Source: Ostrea edulis (lineage: Eukaryota). From it: DNA of 64,000 nt. Numbering within the stretch: position 1 is the first letter of the stretch; each line of letters opens with the position of its first letter. The translations under genes were made by a program, and so were the position numbers. The stretch is taken from the NCBI RefSeq assembly GCF_947568905.1, contig NC_079172.1, positions 9,548,001 through 9,612,000 on the forward strand, read 5' to 3'. Below the pieces are notes generated by a model. The model was not told the origin of the DNA and searched no databases. It saw only the letters and a program-made list of their open reading frames with translations. Positions 29,046 to 41,890 of this stretch are shown in pieces.

Positions 29046-29600
29046 ATGAAAGATGAAGATAACGAACAATGATCAATCTCATAACTCCTATAAGCAATAC
29101 AAATTAGATAGTTAGACAAATACGGATCCCTGGATACACCAGAGGTGGGATCATGTGCCTAAGAGGAGTAAGCATCCACACCCGCTGTAAGCCCTATATC
29201 TTGATTAGGTAAACGGAGTTATCCGTAGTCAAAATCAAGAACGGTCTAACAATCGGTATGAAACACGCCAGACAGCATTTGACCCAATGATAGATTGTAA
29301 TGGCAAACTAGATCGTTATAACGACGATAGAATTTGCGAAATGCTGACTTCAATCGAGACTGTTGAAACCCCTGCACCATTAACTTGTTTGTCAGTAGCT
29401 TGTCTCCATTTGTGTACTTAATCAATTGAGAGATATAAACACCATATACAGGTGATAATATGGAATATTGCTACATAAATATGAGTACTTGACGATAGAG
29501 AAGTTGAAATCACCCCGTTTGTCATAGGTTGAGTTGTTAGTTTGCCGTTAATATCTGCTTTCAATAAAATATCTAAGTATGAAGAAGAAGTGGACGACCC
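29046..29600 (-). mobile_element. 5'-truncated copy of the same Penelope-like family
   Basis: Reverse complement of the same RT tail (SSSYLDILLKADINGKLTTQ...) and 3' module. Confidence 0.65.
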
Positions 29601-32600
29601 TGTGGTGTCTTTTATTTCGTGTTCACAGGGCTATATCGAATAACACTCAGAGTAGTAGGGTGGGTGTTATTCGCTGGTGCAATTATGGTCCCCTGTGTGT
29701 AATATTTAGGCTACTCCTGTATATGATCAAAGTAGATTATACAAAGACAGATTAATTAGGGAGACATGAAAGGAGTGCAGTTTTATCAAAAGACTTTAAT
29801 GTATCAAATTTGTTTAACACTGTTACATGTATAAAATATTATTAAAATTTTGTAATTGAACATATAATAACTGCAATTGTCTATAGGCAAAATAATTCTC
29901 TGATTTAAGCAACGAATATCATTTCACTAGCTTTTATATGCGAGTGGTGGGCATCACAAAATAGATAACTCCATTCTTGAACTTACGTCTATTCAAAAAC
30001 AATTTCGCCGAGTTGATTATGTGAATAAAGGTAAGTTTTATCACTTTAATATTTTTGTTACCGTAACACTGGCAAAAGAGGCTAACTCCAAATAGCTATC
30101 AATTGATTATCGTTCAATTCTGTCAATTCAGATGTGACTGTATCATATTAGAGCTTATACAACGTTTATCTGAATCTAAAAGGGTATAATCACATTTACC
30201 GATCAAGTCTGCAAGCCAATACTCCTCCCTCCTCCATCTCGCCGGAAAATTTCTCATCTTTAATATCATGGTTGTCCCCTTCAGCCAAACGATGTATTAA
30301 TGAGTAGGGACAATCAAGTATAAGTTATCAATCAATATACATAATTAGGTTATTTGATTGAGTTTATAACGTTAGTAGTAATCATGTTAGAGCGTCCATC
30401 GTGGGGAATTAGCTAACCGCTGCCTGTTTTTCTTACGGATGTCAGATTCAAAAGATCAAACTCATTCAACCGAAAACAACAGAGGCATGAGTGATAAAAG
30501 TATGCTCAACTTTCACAAATATGACGAAATGGACCCAAGGGCTAAAACAATTAGATTACACTCGTCAGTGTAATTATCTCATAAAGAGAAGAGTTGGGAA
30601 TAGTAGTCTAATGTATCAAATTCATGAATCTTAATTACCCTTAACTTTGGAACAGGAGAGGGATTATGTACCAAATTTGAGAACAAAGTATAGATATGAT
30701 GGAGGGAAGGTTAACTTTAACATAAGAGAACTGAGTGTGGCAAAAATAGTGTGTGTGTGTCATACACACACACTATTATACTAATTGATAAGGATATTCA
30801 TATCACTATATCTCAACTCACTCACAATACTAACCATACCTATGTCGAACTGTCAACCTCTCGACTCCTGTACACTTGTCAACCAATTAGATTTTTCATG
30901 TACAAGTATCTAGTACCATATTTACTGCAAAGTATTTAATAGATATTGTGAATAACCAGGTGCCTCAACCACACCGATTTCCTCAATGACTTAATAAAAA
31001 AAAACATATAACATTTCCTGTGCATTGGATAAATAGATGCCCTGGTGGTGTATACACAACTGGAAAGAGAATAATATTCATGACTCCAGTACAGCAGAGA
31101 AAATTTCCTTTAGTAACAAAATAAACCAAAACAAAAAAGTAAGGAAAACGACAACAGTAAAATGCATAGACATTTAAAGAGCATCTCAAGATTACATTTT
31201 AAACCCCCCAGACTTGAGAGCCATTTGGATCTCATTCAAGGGAAAGGCAATTTATGATAAACTGTAAATAATAAGTAGTGTAAGTTTATGAGCTATCACT
31301 CGCTTACTTAACTCCACTCTAAACTGATAAATAACATGTTCGGGCATAGTGCAAGTGCTCACAAAATTGCAATTTTTGCGTATTATGCATCCTGCAAAAA
31401 GCCTATCAAGAGCAACAACTTCATCGATCCCATGAGAAATGTCGACGAAAGGAAAGCGAAATCAATATTAAGATATTATACGACAGTGACCAGTGTCATC
31501 TAAGTGACGAGGAGGTACTTGATTTTTACATTTATATTACCCAACCGGAAGCGTGCGACGCAAGCTTAAGCGATTGTGACGTATTCTTTTTCAGGCAATA
31601 ATATCCTTTGACGTTAGTACCATCTGTCGGAGTTTTCTTAGAGAGAAATCTCTTTTCGTTTGAGGTGCTTCTTCGTGACATTAGAAACTGAGCTCAATTT
31701 TACCCTGAAAATAATGGTAGACAGGGAAACGTTGTTTCCATTTTGAAGGGAAAACATCCTATAATCCTCATAAAGGGGGGAAAAAGCAAATATCGATATA
31801 CAAGCTTCAAACTCATCTCAAATCATAGTGGCATCTTATTTCATGCTATCGAGTACAGTTTTGTTGCATTCAACAGTAATGAAATTATATTCATTTCAAT
31901 TAATCTGAGATGAAAAATAGAGAGCGGTATTGTTTGACTGCGACCCTTCCACTGTACATATTTGCTGTTCAATTTAACAGATCATTCATACACAGCATGA
32001 AATTAAACACATCGTGCAGGGAAGTTCTCATAAAAACGCAAATCTTTAAATTTTTCATACTCATATGAATAATATTCTTTTAAAAATCGATTTAATCAAT
32101 CTTAATTATGAACTGTGAAAGTAAATATCCCGGATCACCGCCGAGTCGTATTTTGTAGTTAAGATTGTGTAGGTTGGCGTAGGTTTCACCAACAATGAAA
32201 AAGGGATTAAATTCACGACTTCAGAGACTAATGTATACGTTGTGGAGAACAAAACGCGGACACAGTAATTATTAATATTGATGTCTTCAGTAGGATAATG
32301 TCACATCAATAAGATAAATAAATTTAGAATCAATACGTTTACAAATCAACGAAATGCACAATTGAAACAGGAAACTTGTGTTGTTTCCTTTCAATGCGAG
32401 TACATGGTTTCATATATCAACCAGTGTGTTCTTAAACTTACAAAGGCATTGAATTTCAAAATAGATGTACGACTTTTGATTAATTTTCCTTCAAACTTTA
32501 CAATAATTTAAACAAAATGTATTAGAGACTCGGCCGCGCATAGATTAATCTGATAGCAACGAAGAGAGAGAGGGAAAAAAGAATGACATGTATTTGCTAC

Positions 32601-32643
32601 GTATTTGTTTCGCTTTGTTTTCATTTTATTGACTACATTTGTT

Positions 32644-32734
32644 CACAGGGACTAAGCCCGTTTTAGGCCCGAACTCTGTGATACCATATTTATGGTATCA
32701 CAGAGTTCGGACCAAAACGGGCTTAGCCCCTGTG
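32644..32734. repeat. 91-bp near-perfect palindrome (fold-back / miniature element)
   Basis: cacagggactaagcccgttttaggcccgaactctgtgataccata mirrors tatggtatcacagagttcggaccaaaacgggcttagcccctgtg. Confidence 0.9.
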
Positions 32735-35700
32735 CATTTGTTTAGTTGAACTTGAAAGTTCTCCCTCTCCCTCTCTCTCTCTCTCTCTGAGTCTGTTTAT
32801 CTTTGTACAAAATATAACTTTTGCATGATTATTATGAAAATAATCATTTTGAATGAAAACGTCACAGCGGCAGTTGGTAAAACAAATGATTTGTAGGCTA
32901 TTTAAGCAATAAATCATTATTTTTGAAAAACTGCAACGATGTGTGCATACAAATTAAATAACATGCGTTATGAAAATATCTTTGCATACACCGCTGTAGT
33001 TATGAAACTACATCTTTTCAAAAAATAATCATATAGTGCTTATATTTACATTATAATAACCTTTTTAATGTGTGCATTGTTTTTTTATCTATGAATTAAA
33101 ATTCTCGCCCAATCCTTTGGGTAAGTAGCGGCTAACAGAGAAGCTATGGAACAGTACATAATATGACATATCGTAAAAAAGAGTGCGCAATGCTGAAAAA
33201 AAAAATTCAATTCTCTTGAATTGATTTTTAATTAAATATCATAAAAATCCAAAATAAAAAATATCTAAGGGTTGCAGTTCGTGCCCTCAGTACAATGAAA
33301 TGCAATTTATGTATTAGACCTATATTTACATCTCGCTTTTAATTCTATCGGAATTACCAGCTGTTAATGCGATCTTATCGTACTATATTTATCAAGATTC
33401 ATACATGCATTGTTCACAAATGCAGCATATTGATGAGGAAATGACTATCGTTACAATTTGTAAAGATATCAAATCAAAAACATTGGAAATGTAAATATTT
33501 AGCCGTAAACTACCTACAAGTCGGTAAAATGTTTTTGCAAGCTGATCTCATTGATATTCTTGGGGTTCGTACAATAAAGTTTGAAGAGACATTTAATCTT
33601 GATGGCGATCAGCGAGAATCATTATTTTCAAAATTCAGTTGAAAATTAGTAATAAAATTCTAAATTACCATTACCATGACACAGGAAGAAAATATAGAGT
33701 AAATGCATATATTGGCAGAATCCAATATTCAAATATAGTCTCACTTTTGAAACAGAAAAAAATCCAATCAAAGTTTACTTTAAATCTTTTCCAACTTTCA
33801 TAATATACATTTAGACCCAACTATGAATACCTTATTCATTTTGTAAATACTGTCTGTTTACATGTAACAAATGAACTAGATTTAAATATTTCAGATTAAA
33901 TACTGTTTAATTACATTCTCCCCTATGTGGGCGTAATAAAGATTAATTAGCAGTGTATTTTCAAAGATATTACACAATGAAGTTGACACTTATGCAAACG
34001 GTTGGAGTGCTATGGCTATAACATTAGTGTAAACAAAGTTCTACAGTCTATCATTTCTTTAAAATCCTGCAAAATATATGTCTAGTTTATTGGTATTCGT
34101 AGGTATCTATACGTACAGGTATCATCCTCTTATGATAAACAAACTACATACTTATTTCTTATTACGGTATTTGTAATGATTTTTTTTTTTATATAGGAAC
34201 AGGCTTTTATGTCAAGTTAAAATGCGCACGTGACTTTTCAACTTCACTTGTTGATTTCCAAATAAATAAATAAAACCACACAATAAAATAACAAGCTATA
34301 CATTACAGACAAAATGTTGTTGATTAATTGATTGATTAATTGTTTTACGCCGTTTTGGCAATATTTCAGGCATTTTAAGGCATAAAAATTGGTGAATGTA
34401 TGAATATAAATTAAAGTGGCACTGGTGTAATTTTTAAAGGAGAAATATGTCGGAAAGACATTACTTAATATAAAAATGATAATGGATATATTAAACAAAA
34501 TGAAGGATCTTTGTGATATGACACAATGCAAACTTCCATCATTCACAAGTAATAACAGTTTAAGCCGCGCTTTTCTTGAGAAGACAATCCGTTTCTAGGC
34601 GACATTGGGATTAAATACCGTCATTATAAAGACCCTTCTTCCCGTCTGTGTGCGTGTAGTTATGCCACGGTTGAAATTTAAGGACAATGTCTGACTCGAT
34701 ATACGAAGGTACGACTCCATCGTAAAGTTTCAGATATTTCTCTGTGGACCATGTAAAACAAGGCTTCTAGACAGATAAAGGTGTCACAAATGGAAATGGG
34801 ATTTTTCATTATGTAATGTCAATCCAGAATAATTTGAAGTTTCGTTCATTTCAACAAATCAAATTGATTTTGTTTTTATGTATGGCATTTGTCTGCAAAA
34901 CATGATTTCCAGATGGAATTTCAGCGACTTCTTAATTTCTTCTCTGCTGGGTGAAGGTTAGGACAGGCATCCGCTTGTCTTTTTTTTATTGTTATTGTAA
35001 ATCGGAAAGTACCATACTGTCAAGGGATCGCGTAAATGATCTACCGACATCGGTCATCAAATACATTAATAGCATAGTGGCACTAGTATGTTGTATCAAC
35101 ATAACAAGCGATAAGCATACCATTGTCAGACAATCCTGTTAGCTGAAGTCTCAGTCATACTCTGGGAAAACGGACTGAAGTTATGACTTGCTTGAATGAG
35201 GGCTTACTGATCACCCACGCTCTAACAAAAGTCCCCAGTCGCAAAGAGAGTTAAGGCTCTACAAGTAATTCTTCTGTCGCATCCCCTGCTGGAGGTGTCG
35301 CAACAATTAATGTAATTATCTTCTTTCCATAAAATGCACCACTGGAGGGATCCATTTAAGACGTTCACAAAAAGATATCATAAGGATCGATATTCCTTAC
35401 ATTGCTTGCACTTTACAAATTCATGAAATGTACAAAACATTTATGCATGTGCACTCGACCTTGTTTGTGTATCAAGGTCACTGTCAATTCATCTATATAC
35501 AATGCACCTATAGATTTTGGTATATCATGTTGCATCAACACTGGTTTTATTACAAATATTGTCATAAATTGCAGCATGAAATTTTTTTCTCTCTACCAAG
35601 ATAACTTACAAGTAATACTATATGTACCATATGTGCTGATGCAGAGTATGTTACATGTCAAACGATTTCTACAACCCGTTGGATTCCCCATGCACGGATT

Positions 35701-35821
35701 GTGCTCTTTATTATATTTTATATTCTTGTGGGGCAGAAATTATTCAAAGCCTTCTTCATGAGAAGAACAAGTCTCTGGCTGTGGCCTTCAACTTAACATT
35801 TAGTTGACATCGATGACGTTT

Positions 35822-36395
35822 CATGAAAAGGTAAAGATAACGAACAGTGATCAATCTCATAACTCTATGGAATACAAAATTAAGAGTTGGGCAAACACAG
35901 GTCCCCGGTCATACCAGATGTGGGATCAGGCACCTAGGAGGAGTAAGCATCCCCTGTCGACCGGTCACACCTCCACATGAGTCCCGTATCTCGATCGGAT
36001 AAACGGAGTAATCCGTTGTCAAAATCATTGTGCAAAGAACGGCCTCAACACGTCAGATAACGTTTTATCCAATTGTATTGGTCAATTATTAAATCGAAGC
36101 AAACCAAGGACAAATAAGTTGATGTTACAAGGGTTTTAACCGTCTCGTTTGAAGTCAGCATTTCACAAATAAATCTTATGGTCGTTTAGCTGATCTTTGT
36201 AAATACACCCTGTCGTTGGGTGAAATGTCTGACGTGTTTCATACCAATTGTTGGACTAGTGTGGTCAGTCAACAGGGGATGCTTGCTCCTCCCAGGCACG
36301 TGATTTCGCCTCTGGTGTGTCCTAGGACCGTGTTTGCCCTTCTCTTAATTGTGTATTTTTTATGGGATTGATCACTGTTTGTTATCTACAATTTT
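35822..36395. mobile_element. Head-to-head pair of Penelope-like fragments (- then +)
   Basis: catgaaaaggtaaagataacgaacagtgatc... at the left and ...gattgatcactgtttgttatctacaattttcat at the right. Confidence 0.65.
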
Positions 36396-37349
36396 CATTC
36401 TTAATTTTGACGGAATGATCTTGTGTCAGGGCAATGACAAACTATTTGACCATACGCTTACAACCATTGTGCAAAGCATGAGCTAAATATTTCTTCATCA
36501 CAATGTTATGACATAGCATAAAAAAATATACTTATTCTTGACCCTGACCAAATGACCTACATTTTGGATCAGGGTCATAATACACTAGCTGGCCTTTAAC
36601 AATCAAGCCTTTGCTATTAAAGTTTATATGTATGTACCATTCGAGAATGTGTTTACTCATATAGAAATGGCAGTAGCTGTAGGTGAGGTGTCACAAGCTT
36701 TGAGCAATGAGGATTATTTTTGTCGTGCCAACGTTTACCATGACCTCTGTTTTTAAATCCTCGTGAGTTGTACTCCTAACGCTGGATTCTTGGCGTAGGA
36801 ACAGTCATTCCCTATGTTAGACTTCCTTAGGTTTGACATAGCGTTATGGTGGAGAATTGAACCCAGACCTCCTGTTTGCGAAGGCGAGCGCCTTGACCAT
36901 CAGGCTGCCGTGGCCGGTACAGTATGTGGGATTCTAATGTCTCTCTTTTGAAAGTTACGACTAGCACGAAAAAATCGGAACAGACAGACATATGGATATG
37001 GTGACTCCTTTATTCCCTCTCTCCCGTAAAAGGGTGTTTGTGGGGGATAATACGGGAAGTTTCGATCATGCAATGTAACTTTCATATTCCGTCTTTAAAT
37101 GCACAACAATTTTCCCCACCCAACTCTATCAATAGAGCAGATCAAGAGTACATTGTTTCAATATTGATAAGTCAGGTGAGAAAAAAGGTAACTATAATAT
37201 AAGACTCAAATACAACTGTACTAAGACTACTTCTTACATTAAAACCATCATCAGGTTTATATCTCATAAAACATTAGACGAATTGCTGAATTACTCGGTG
37301 CTGACTATTATCAATAAATTAAAAGAAAATATATTACATCATCACTTAC

Positions 37350-37485
37350 CTTGAATTCAGTATCTTCTCATAATGACTGGTCAACACAATAAATAGATAA
37401 TTTAAAAATAATATTCCCTTACCTGTTATGGAGAGAGAAGACCTATTCACACGGATGCTTACCTGAAACAACAAATAAAAACATC
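37350..37485 (-). other. Candidate small non-coding exon(s) / recursive splice site in the minus-strand transcript
   Basis: T-rich tract gatgtttttatttgttgtttcag is followed directly by GTAAGC (AG|GT at 37463/37462). A second donor CAG|GTAAGG lies 40 nt later (37423/37422). A further acceptor ccag (37377) and donor AAG|GTAAGT (37350/37349) follow. Confidence 0.35.
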
Positions 37486-37729
37486 TTAAAATTACTATTA
37501 CATTTCCATTATTCAGGTCAGCCTAAAAATCATGTATGACCCATTTTATTTCCGAAGAATGGGTATTCATTTCCGCAGAACAAAGTATTTATTTCCAAAG
37601 GGTTTTCTTTGTCTTTATAACTATCTTAACACGATTACAAGTAAATAAGTTTCCTCTATCACTACCGACTCATACAATAGAATCTAACGAAACATGTACC
37701 TTCTGAATACTAGAGCATTTGCAGAGCGA

Positions 37730-38368
37730 CACGGGCAACATTACAATGTAATCGTGCTAAACTTGATCAACACGGGCAACATTACAATGTACTTGTTCTA
37801 AACTTGATCAACACGGGCAACATTACAATGTACATGTGCTAAGCTTGATCAACACGGGCAACATTACAATGTACATGTGCTAAACTTGATCAACACGGGC
37901 AACATTACAATGTACATGTGCTAAGCTTGATCAACACGGGCAACATTACAATGTACATGTGCTAAGCTTGATCAACACGGGCAACATTACAATGTACATG
38001 TGCTAAGCTTGATCAACACGGGCAACATTACAATGTACATGTGCTAAGCTTGATCAACACGGGCAACATTACAATGTACATGTGCTAAGCTTGATCAACA
38101 CGGGCAACATTACAATGTACATGTGCTAAATTTGATCAACACGGGCTACATTACAATGTGCATGTGCTAAACTTGATCAACACGGGCAACATTACAATGT
38201 ACATGTGCTAAATTTGATCAACACGGGCAACATTACAATGTACATGTGCTAAGCTTGATCAACACGGGCAACATTACAATGTACATGTGCTAAGCTTGAT
38301 CAACACGGGCAACATTACAATGTACATGTGCTAAGCTTGATCAACACGGGCAACATTACAATGTACAT
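37730..38368. repeat. Minisatellite, 41-bp unit, ~16 copies
   Basis: Unit caacacgggcaacattacaatgtacatgtgctaagcttgat. cacggg recurs from 37730 to 38345 at 41-bp spacing. Confidence 0.95.
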
Positions 38369-39204
38369 TGTGTATCTGTGTTAAGCTTGAACATTTACCA
38401 GTAAGGTGTGTATAGCAATGTAACTTAATTACGGGAAATGTATTTCATGACATGTAATTAAAGATATTTATTCGAAATGATAGGTATGGCCATTTCTGGA
38501 ATGAAATATGATATCTTAAAAGAAATGTAAATGGTCAGGTAGATATAACAAGATCTACATTGTGTAAAATTTTCAATAAATCATTTAAATATGTAGCTCT
38601 ATTTTTGAAACTCTGATCACATCTGCTAGACCTAAATTGCAATAACAAGAGTAACTTTGTATTTACAGGCACACATTTAATTAGAAAATTACAATATGAC
38701 ACATGTATAACCGATATATATCATAGCTGAGGTGTACTTTTATTTGGTCCAGAGAGTTTGGGAAAAAATCTTCTCCCTGTGGAGTAAAAACCATATCCCC
38801 CAGGGTGATATTTCTATCAACGGGACACATTACTTGACAACGGGTGATATAAAAATTATCCAATACATCAAATTGATGCGCGTACGATTCGCCATAGAAA
38901 TTTAAAAGGCGTCGTTTGAAATATATGTGGTCCGCAATGCGATTAATCGAAAGAAAACAAACGATATATTGGCAGCCTGGCAGATATATAGGTACATACA
39001 TGTACTGTGTGATTCACAGAATGTAACGTTTTGAACTTGTTAACTTTGAATTATTTTCCCATGTCGAAATTTTCTTGTTACATGTTCACGACAATCTCTA
39101 GCGATGAAAATTGTCAATGTTACCTTCAACTACATGCACTATCTATTGACTAGTATGTCTGACCAAGATAAAGGGTCCAAGGCGGGTATTTACAATGTAT
39201 GCAT

Positions 39205-39467
39205 CAATGTTCCACTACCACTTGCATATGGTGTTAACGTCTTTCAACTGATTCGATACGCGAGAGCATATTCTGCGTATGATCAATTTCTGAATCGAGA
39301 CAGGCTACTGACAAATAAATTGATGTCAACAGGGGATGCTTACTCCTCCTAGGCTCCTGATCCCACCTCTGGTGTGTCCAGGGGTCCGTGTTTGCCCAAC
39401 TATCTATTTTGTATTGCTTATAGGAGTTATGAGATTGATCACTGTTCGTTATCTTCACCTTGCATGT
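39205..39467 (+). mobile_element. Penelope-like 3' fragment with an internal deletion
   Basis: PLAYGVNVFQLIRYARAYSAYDQFLNR joined directly to the 3' module. Confidence 0.65.
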
Positions 39468-39494
39468 TATAGGGGCATTACTGGAACTAAAACC

Positions 39495-40480
39495 CTTACC
39501 ATTGAGATAATGCAATTTACAATTTTAGTAAAGACTACCTACTCCTTCTAAATAACTATTTTCATTAATTACTGTATCAATATCATTACAGAAAATGCCA
39601 TTTAAATATTTTACACAACACACTATATACCAAGTTTGGTCCTACCTTGGAGTCAGTACCTCAATCCCGAGGATTACGAAATTTACAATTCTAGTCGAGA
39701 CATTCCTGTTCGACATGACTGTGTATTTAGTTTTTCTTACAGATGTGCGGTTGTAGAGCAAACGAGTTTTTTAAATGTCCATTATTGCCCCGATCCTAAG
39801 ACCCGGGACAGGAGTCATTAAATTTATAAGTATGTATTCCTTGTCCGAAAGATGCTTCATACTAAATTTGTAAACAATTGTACTGGTAGCTATCAAGACA
39901 AAGTTAATAATATTTAATTCTTAACACATTTAATCACTATGACCATTTTAGCCCCACCCTGGTACCACACCCATACACATGGATCATGACATTTACAGCT
40001 TTGGTAAAGGGGTACATGTACCTGCTCCTTCTAAATAGCCATGTTTGTTAGTTTCAATTTAGTATCAATAGCATGAAAGAAGATATTACATGTATTTAAA
40101 TGTTTTACACATGAACACTATAAATGTATATCAAGCCCTGGAGTCAATACCTCTACCCCATGGATCATGAAATTTACAGTTTGGTAGAGACCTTCCTGCT
40201 CCAGATGACTAAACATTATTTTAGTTTTACATACAGATTTTCGGTTTTAGAGAAGAGGATTTTGAGAATTTGTCATTTATGACAGTTTTTATCCCACCAC
40301 AAAGGCCCCGGGGTGCAGGAGACCTGCAATTTACATTTTATACCCCTCTCTCCTGTTCCAAAAATATTCCAAATTTGAAACGAATTGGAATAGTAGTTAT
40401 TAAGAAGTTCAAAACGTTCAATTGTTAACTGCTGAAGAGGATTCAGACCAACTGCAATAGCTCACCTGAAATGACCTAAT
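39495..40480. mobile_element. Degraded HINE-like element with satellite monomers
   Basis: Repeated catgaaatttacaatt / cttcctgctc modules and a gcaatagctcacctga end. Ends are approximate. Confidence 0.45.
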
Positions 40481-40876
40481 AATTACATGTATGGGATTTT
40501 AATGGAATACGCTATTACATCACATGTATGGGACTACCCAAACCCCAGCAGAGTACGTACAGTGCGAGGGGATATAGACACCGCAAAATCAAGAACTTTG
40601 TCTGCCCTTCTTAAAAATCTACCTCTCCTCTAGGGCATCAACCTTCCCTCTCAGCTACGGACCTTTTGCTGGACCATGTAGGTTTCTTCACCTACTGACC
40701 ACGTGTCTTAGTTTCGCATTTATAGGCTAAGATTCACACCGAGTCACAGACACCTACATATTGCATATCAATATTTTCATGAACTTATTCAATTTTTCTA
40801 CAGATGTATAATCACTTCAAATATGGGATATTTTCATTGCCAATACAACCTATCATTGAGTCAAATGCTGTGACTT

Positions 40877-41066
40877 CGTGGGGATCCGGGTTAGAATACG
40901 TTCTCAGTACCCCTTACTTGTTGTAAGAGGCGAGTAAATGGGCGATCCTTCGGATGAGACCGCAAAAACCGAGGCCCCGTGTCACAGCAGGTGTGGCACG
41001 ATAAAGATCCCTCCCTGCTCAAAGGCCGTAAGTGCCGAGCACAGATCTAAATTTTGCAGCCCTTCA

Positions 41067-41098
<32 letters not shown>

Positions 41099-41140
41099 TA
41101 TTCTCAAGAGGGACGTAAAACAATATTTAATCAATCAATC
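40877..41140 (+). mobile_element. 5'-truncated SINE resembling bivalve Meta+Deu-domain (BivaMD-type) SINEs
   Basis: gtaagaggcgagtaaatgg (Meta-like) and ccttcggatgagaccgcaaaaaccgaggcccc...aaagatccc (Deu-like) segments, with a (TCAA)n tail. A reverse copy lies at 25796-26017. Family name is from memory. Confidence 0.55.
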
Positions 41141-41829
41141 TAACGTGTTTCATAAAAATTGTTAGGCCGTTCTTGACACACTGCTTTCACTATGGATTAC
41201 TCCGTTTACTTGACCAACATATAGGGCTCACAGCGGGTGTGACCGGTCGGCAGGGGATGCTTACTCATCCTAGGTACCTCTGATACATCCAGGGGTCCCT
41301 GTTTGTACAACGCTCTATTTTGTATTCCTTACAGGATCAGTTTGTTATCTTCACGTTTCACCGGGCCTATAATGCGGCTATAGTACGACAATACCCCCTG
41401 CTAACTCATTAAGGGCAATGGTTGTCGATAGAGGTTGGGATTGGTAGTTCCCAAATTTCACCGAAGACGATGGTGGATCTCGCTGATATCATTAAGAAAA
41501 CAAAACTGTACGTGTAACAAATATGTTGTGGAATATTTGGATATTATGGGAATATTCGATTTCTAAAGCATTGTATGCAGAATGTGAAGGTTTTTAAAAT
41601 TTACAGGAACTCGATCGTCTCCTGGGAAAATTCTTACGTTGAACATCCCGATAGTTATGGAGAAATGTACGAGAAAGATATATTTTTGTTTCATCGTCAG
41701 GACATCCAAAGATATTTGCAGTCTGGCCTGATGTTAACATAATATAAGAAGCATCTTTCAGGGAATTAAAAACTTTTTTAAACGCAGAGGAACACAATTT
41801 ATTTTATATGGGATTAAAACAAAACTTAT

Positions 41830-41890
<61 letters not shown>

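Noticed and set aside
37350-37462. Micro-exons as neuroligin splice-site-A coding inserts
   Set aside because: In phase 1 the 40-nt exon hits TAG and the 27-nt exon hits TGA. Kept only as non-coding or recursive candidates.
38681-39001. 106-aa minus-strand ORF between exons A and B
   Set aside because: No carboxylesterase/neuroligin motif and no recognisable domain or splice framework.
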